Positions 61,932-64,000 of a stretch of 64,000 nucleotides of DNA are shown piece after piece (the first letter of the stretch is position 1; the number at the start of each line of letters is the position of its first letter). The position numbers were made by a program, and so were the translations under genes. Origin of the DNA: Lenisia limosa (Eukaryota; Protista; Breviatea); the NCBI GenBank assembly GCA_001655205.1, contig LPNZ01009306.1, positions 11,902 through 75,901 on the forward strand, read 5' to 3'. The notes under the pieces were generated by a model that was not told where the DNA came from, searched no databases, and saw nothing but the letters and a program-made list of their open reading frames with translations.

Positions 61932-63915
61932 CTAGTCTATTTTGGACTTCAGATAAGTCTTGTAGAGTTTGGAAGAGAACTGATCATCCTGCAAAGGTTA
62001 GAATATGTGCAAGTGCCAACCAACCATTATCAGTTTCATGACTTGGACCTGGAATTCCGCCTTGGAGATAATATCGTCTCCTGGAGCGAAATAGAATCCT
62101 CCACTTTCTGATAGTTGCGTGAAAAATATCAACAGAAAAAAATCTAAATGAAGAAACAAAGCTTAATTTCAGTAAACCCACCGAAATCATACGTAACCAC
62201 AGGTGCCAAAGATGAAGTAGATGCAACTTGGGAATGGGATAACGACATCAGTGAGGTGTTCATGGGAGTGGCGGGTGCGGAAGGAGTAGATGGAGCCTGC
62301 TTTTGTGATTCCATTGGTTTTGGCGTATCTTGCATGGGTGGTCTGGGCACTTGTTTTTGGAAAAGGTTCGGTTGCATTTGCATTTGTGGCATTTGTTGTA
62401 AGTGTTGGATTTGCATCTGCCGCTGTTCTTGGTACATCGGCACTACTTGCTGGGGAAGCTTCTGCCACAAATGAGAATACTATAATGCTATAATACTATG
62501 CATGTCATTATATGATATATAGTATGATACCATGCAACTACGACAGCAGCATATTTCATTTACAAACTTGCACAAGTAATAGCATTAATGAATCGAAAAA
62601 AGAAGTCCACCCAATCCATAGCATATTGCTCACTTTCATGGGCTCCATCATGTCGGCACCAGACCAGTCGTTTGTCTGTACTGCTTGAGGAGTGGCCTGT
62701 AGAGTGATTAATATTTTGGAAAGGTTTGTGCTAGTAAATTACATTTATGGAGTATTCAATTCTAAATTAAAACAAGTCTCCAAACTAGACTCATTACGTA
62801 CTATTCACCGAGCCCCAAATCCAAATTTCCTTAATTTTATTTGTTTATTTCTTGAAAAAAAAAAAAAAAAAAAAATAGAAAGGGAAGAGTGCTACATAGA
62901 ATCATGCGCAGTAAAGGCCAATAATCCTACTTGGGGTCAGGAATGAATGTCCTTTAACTACTCAAAAGCACACATCATGTATGTTACCGTGGAACAAGGT
63001 TATTCAAGCTCTGATTGTGTATTTTGGCCTCAAGAAACCCGACTTTCAATAAGTTGAGCCCCAATTGGTCCGAAAAAAGACCGGTAAAATATCAAAAAGT
63101 TATAACGAGTAACATTCCACCTACTTGGCTGAAAAGTGGTTGATGGCGGGTCTTAGTTTGAGTAGGAGGTTGCGCTTTGGAGGGACGAGACAGAATCGCT
63201 CTTGGAGCAGGCTCCGGTTTCTTCTGTGTCCGAGGCTGCAATATAACGGAAGACAATTCAAACAATATCACAAGAATTGCCTTCAGAATCATATCGGTAT
63301 GCATATGAAAAAAGCTTACAGAGCAAACATTCAGCAATGACATGAGCTCAGATGAAGAGTGTCGACCCTCTTGCTCAGGCGCATCACTAGATGATATTAT
63401 GAAAAGACAATCCAATCGTATATGCAGTGACCGGGATAAGTCTTAACAAGACTATTCCCGGTCACTGTATATAAAAATATAGTCAAGTTGAAATCCTGAA
63501 ATTTTGTGACTGGAAGCTGTTTTGAGAAATAAGAATCAGTATTCAAGAGTTTATTATGTTGAATAGGATCTCAGAAGAAGTGGAAAATGGTGCGTAAGAA
63601 TAAAAGTTTGGGTAGAACAAGATAAAAAACCTTCTATTTTGGTGCAAAAGTGTTTCAAATTGTTTCACTTTCTTGCTTTCAGAATTCAGCACCTCTCTGC
63701 AGTTGTTATGTTTAGGACAAGTTTGTTTTTGAAAAAACAAAAAAAACTGACCAGTGCGGGAATTAAACTCACTGGTTTCCAAAATTAATTGGCACCTAAA
63801 AGAAGCATCTGACTCCCCATTCGTAAGAATATATGTTTGTATTATATATATAGTATATACTATATGATATATATATGATATAGGTGGAGGCACATGAGTG
63901 TGGGCACTTTTTCAT
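61932..63915 (-). CDS. Hypothetical Gln/Pro/Met-rich protein; both ends uncertain
   Basis: Exons QQVVPMYQEQRQMQIQHLQQMPQMQMQPNLFQ... and SGGFYFAPGDDIISKAEFQVQVMKLIM; minus-strand GT-AG signals. Confidence 0.4.
63425..63467. mobile_element. 43-bp hairpin made of two abutting Tc1/mariner-type TIRs
   Basis: CAGTGACCGGGATAAGTCTT-AAC-AAGACTATTCCCGGTCACTG; flanked by TG on the left and TA on the right. Confidence 0.55.
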
Positions 63916-64000
63916 TTTTTTTTTAGATAAAAAATCCAAAAGGGGGAGCAGCAACGATTTATCTCAAACCTTTTTGAAAAAAAATAATTAGAAGTATATT

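Overview
This is eukaryotic, intron-dense draft genomic DNA with GT-AG introns mostly about 30-120 nt long. It uses the standard genetic code and has many N gaps, often next to poly-G/C runs. The ORF track is largely uninformative, so I assembled genes by hand from splice signals and protein motifs; exon boundaries are approximate. Recognisable genes: NIPA-type Mg transporter, VPS39/TGFBRAP1, RRP7, B9D1 (suggesting a flagellated organism), a tiny SMP/LEA-like protein, PTB/hnRNP-L, an SPX-EXS (XPR1/PHO1/SYG1) protein fused to a FYVE finger, a secreted TNFR-like Cys-repeat protein, HTATIP2/TIP30, an exomer ChAPs homolog, RPS11, MIC10, LRRC40, an ARF GTPase, an MFS transporter, RPL29 and a C2H2 + Aida-C2 protein, plus several orphan genes. 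The RPS11 C-terminus (KKQFRMF) weakly suggests a stramenopile/SAR protist (inference). Mobile DNA includes a rearranged, decayed LINE at the left edge and four different short TIR elements, at least three of them inside introns. The best leads are the SPX-EXS-FYVE fusion, a LINE 5' inversion with twin-priming geometry, the intronic MITE families, the Cys-repeat protein, and a homology-supported 30-nt intron that lacks an AG acceptor.
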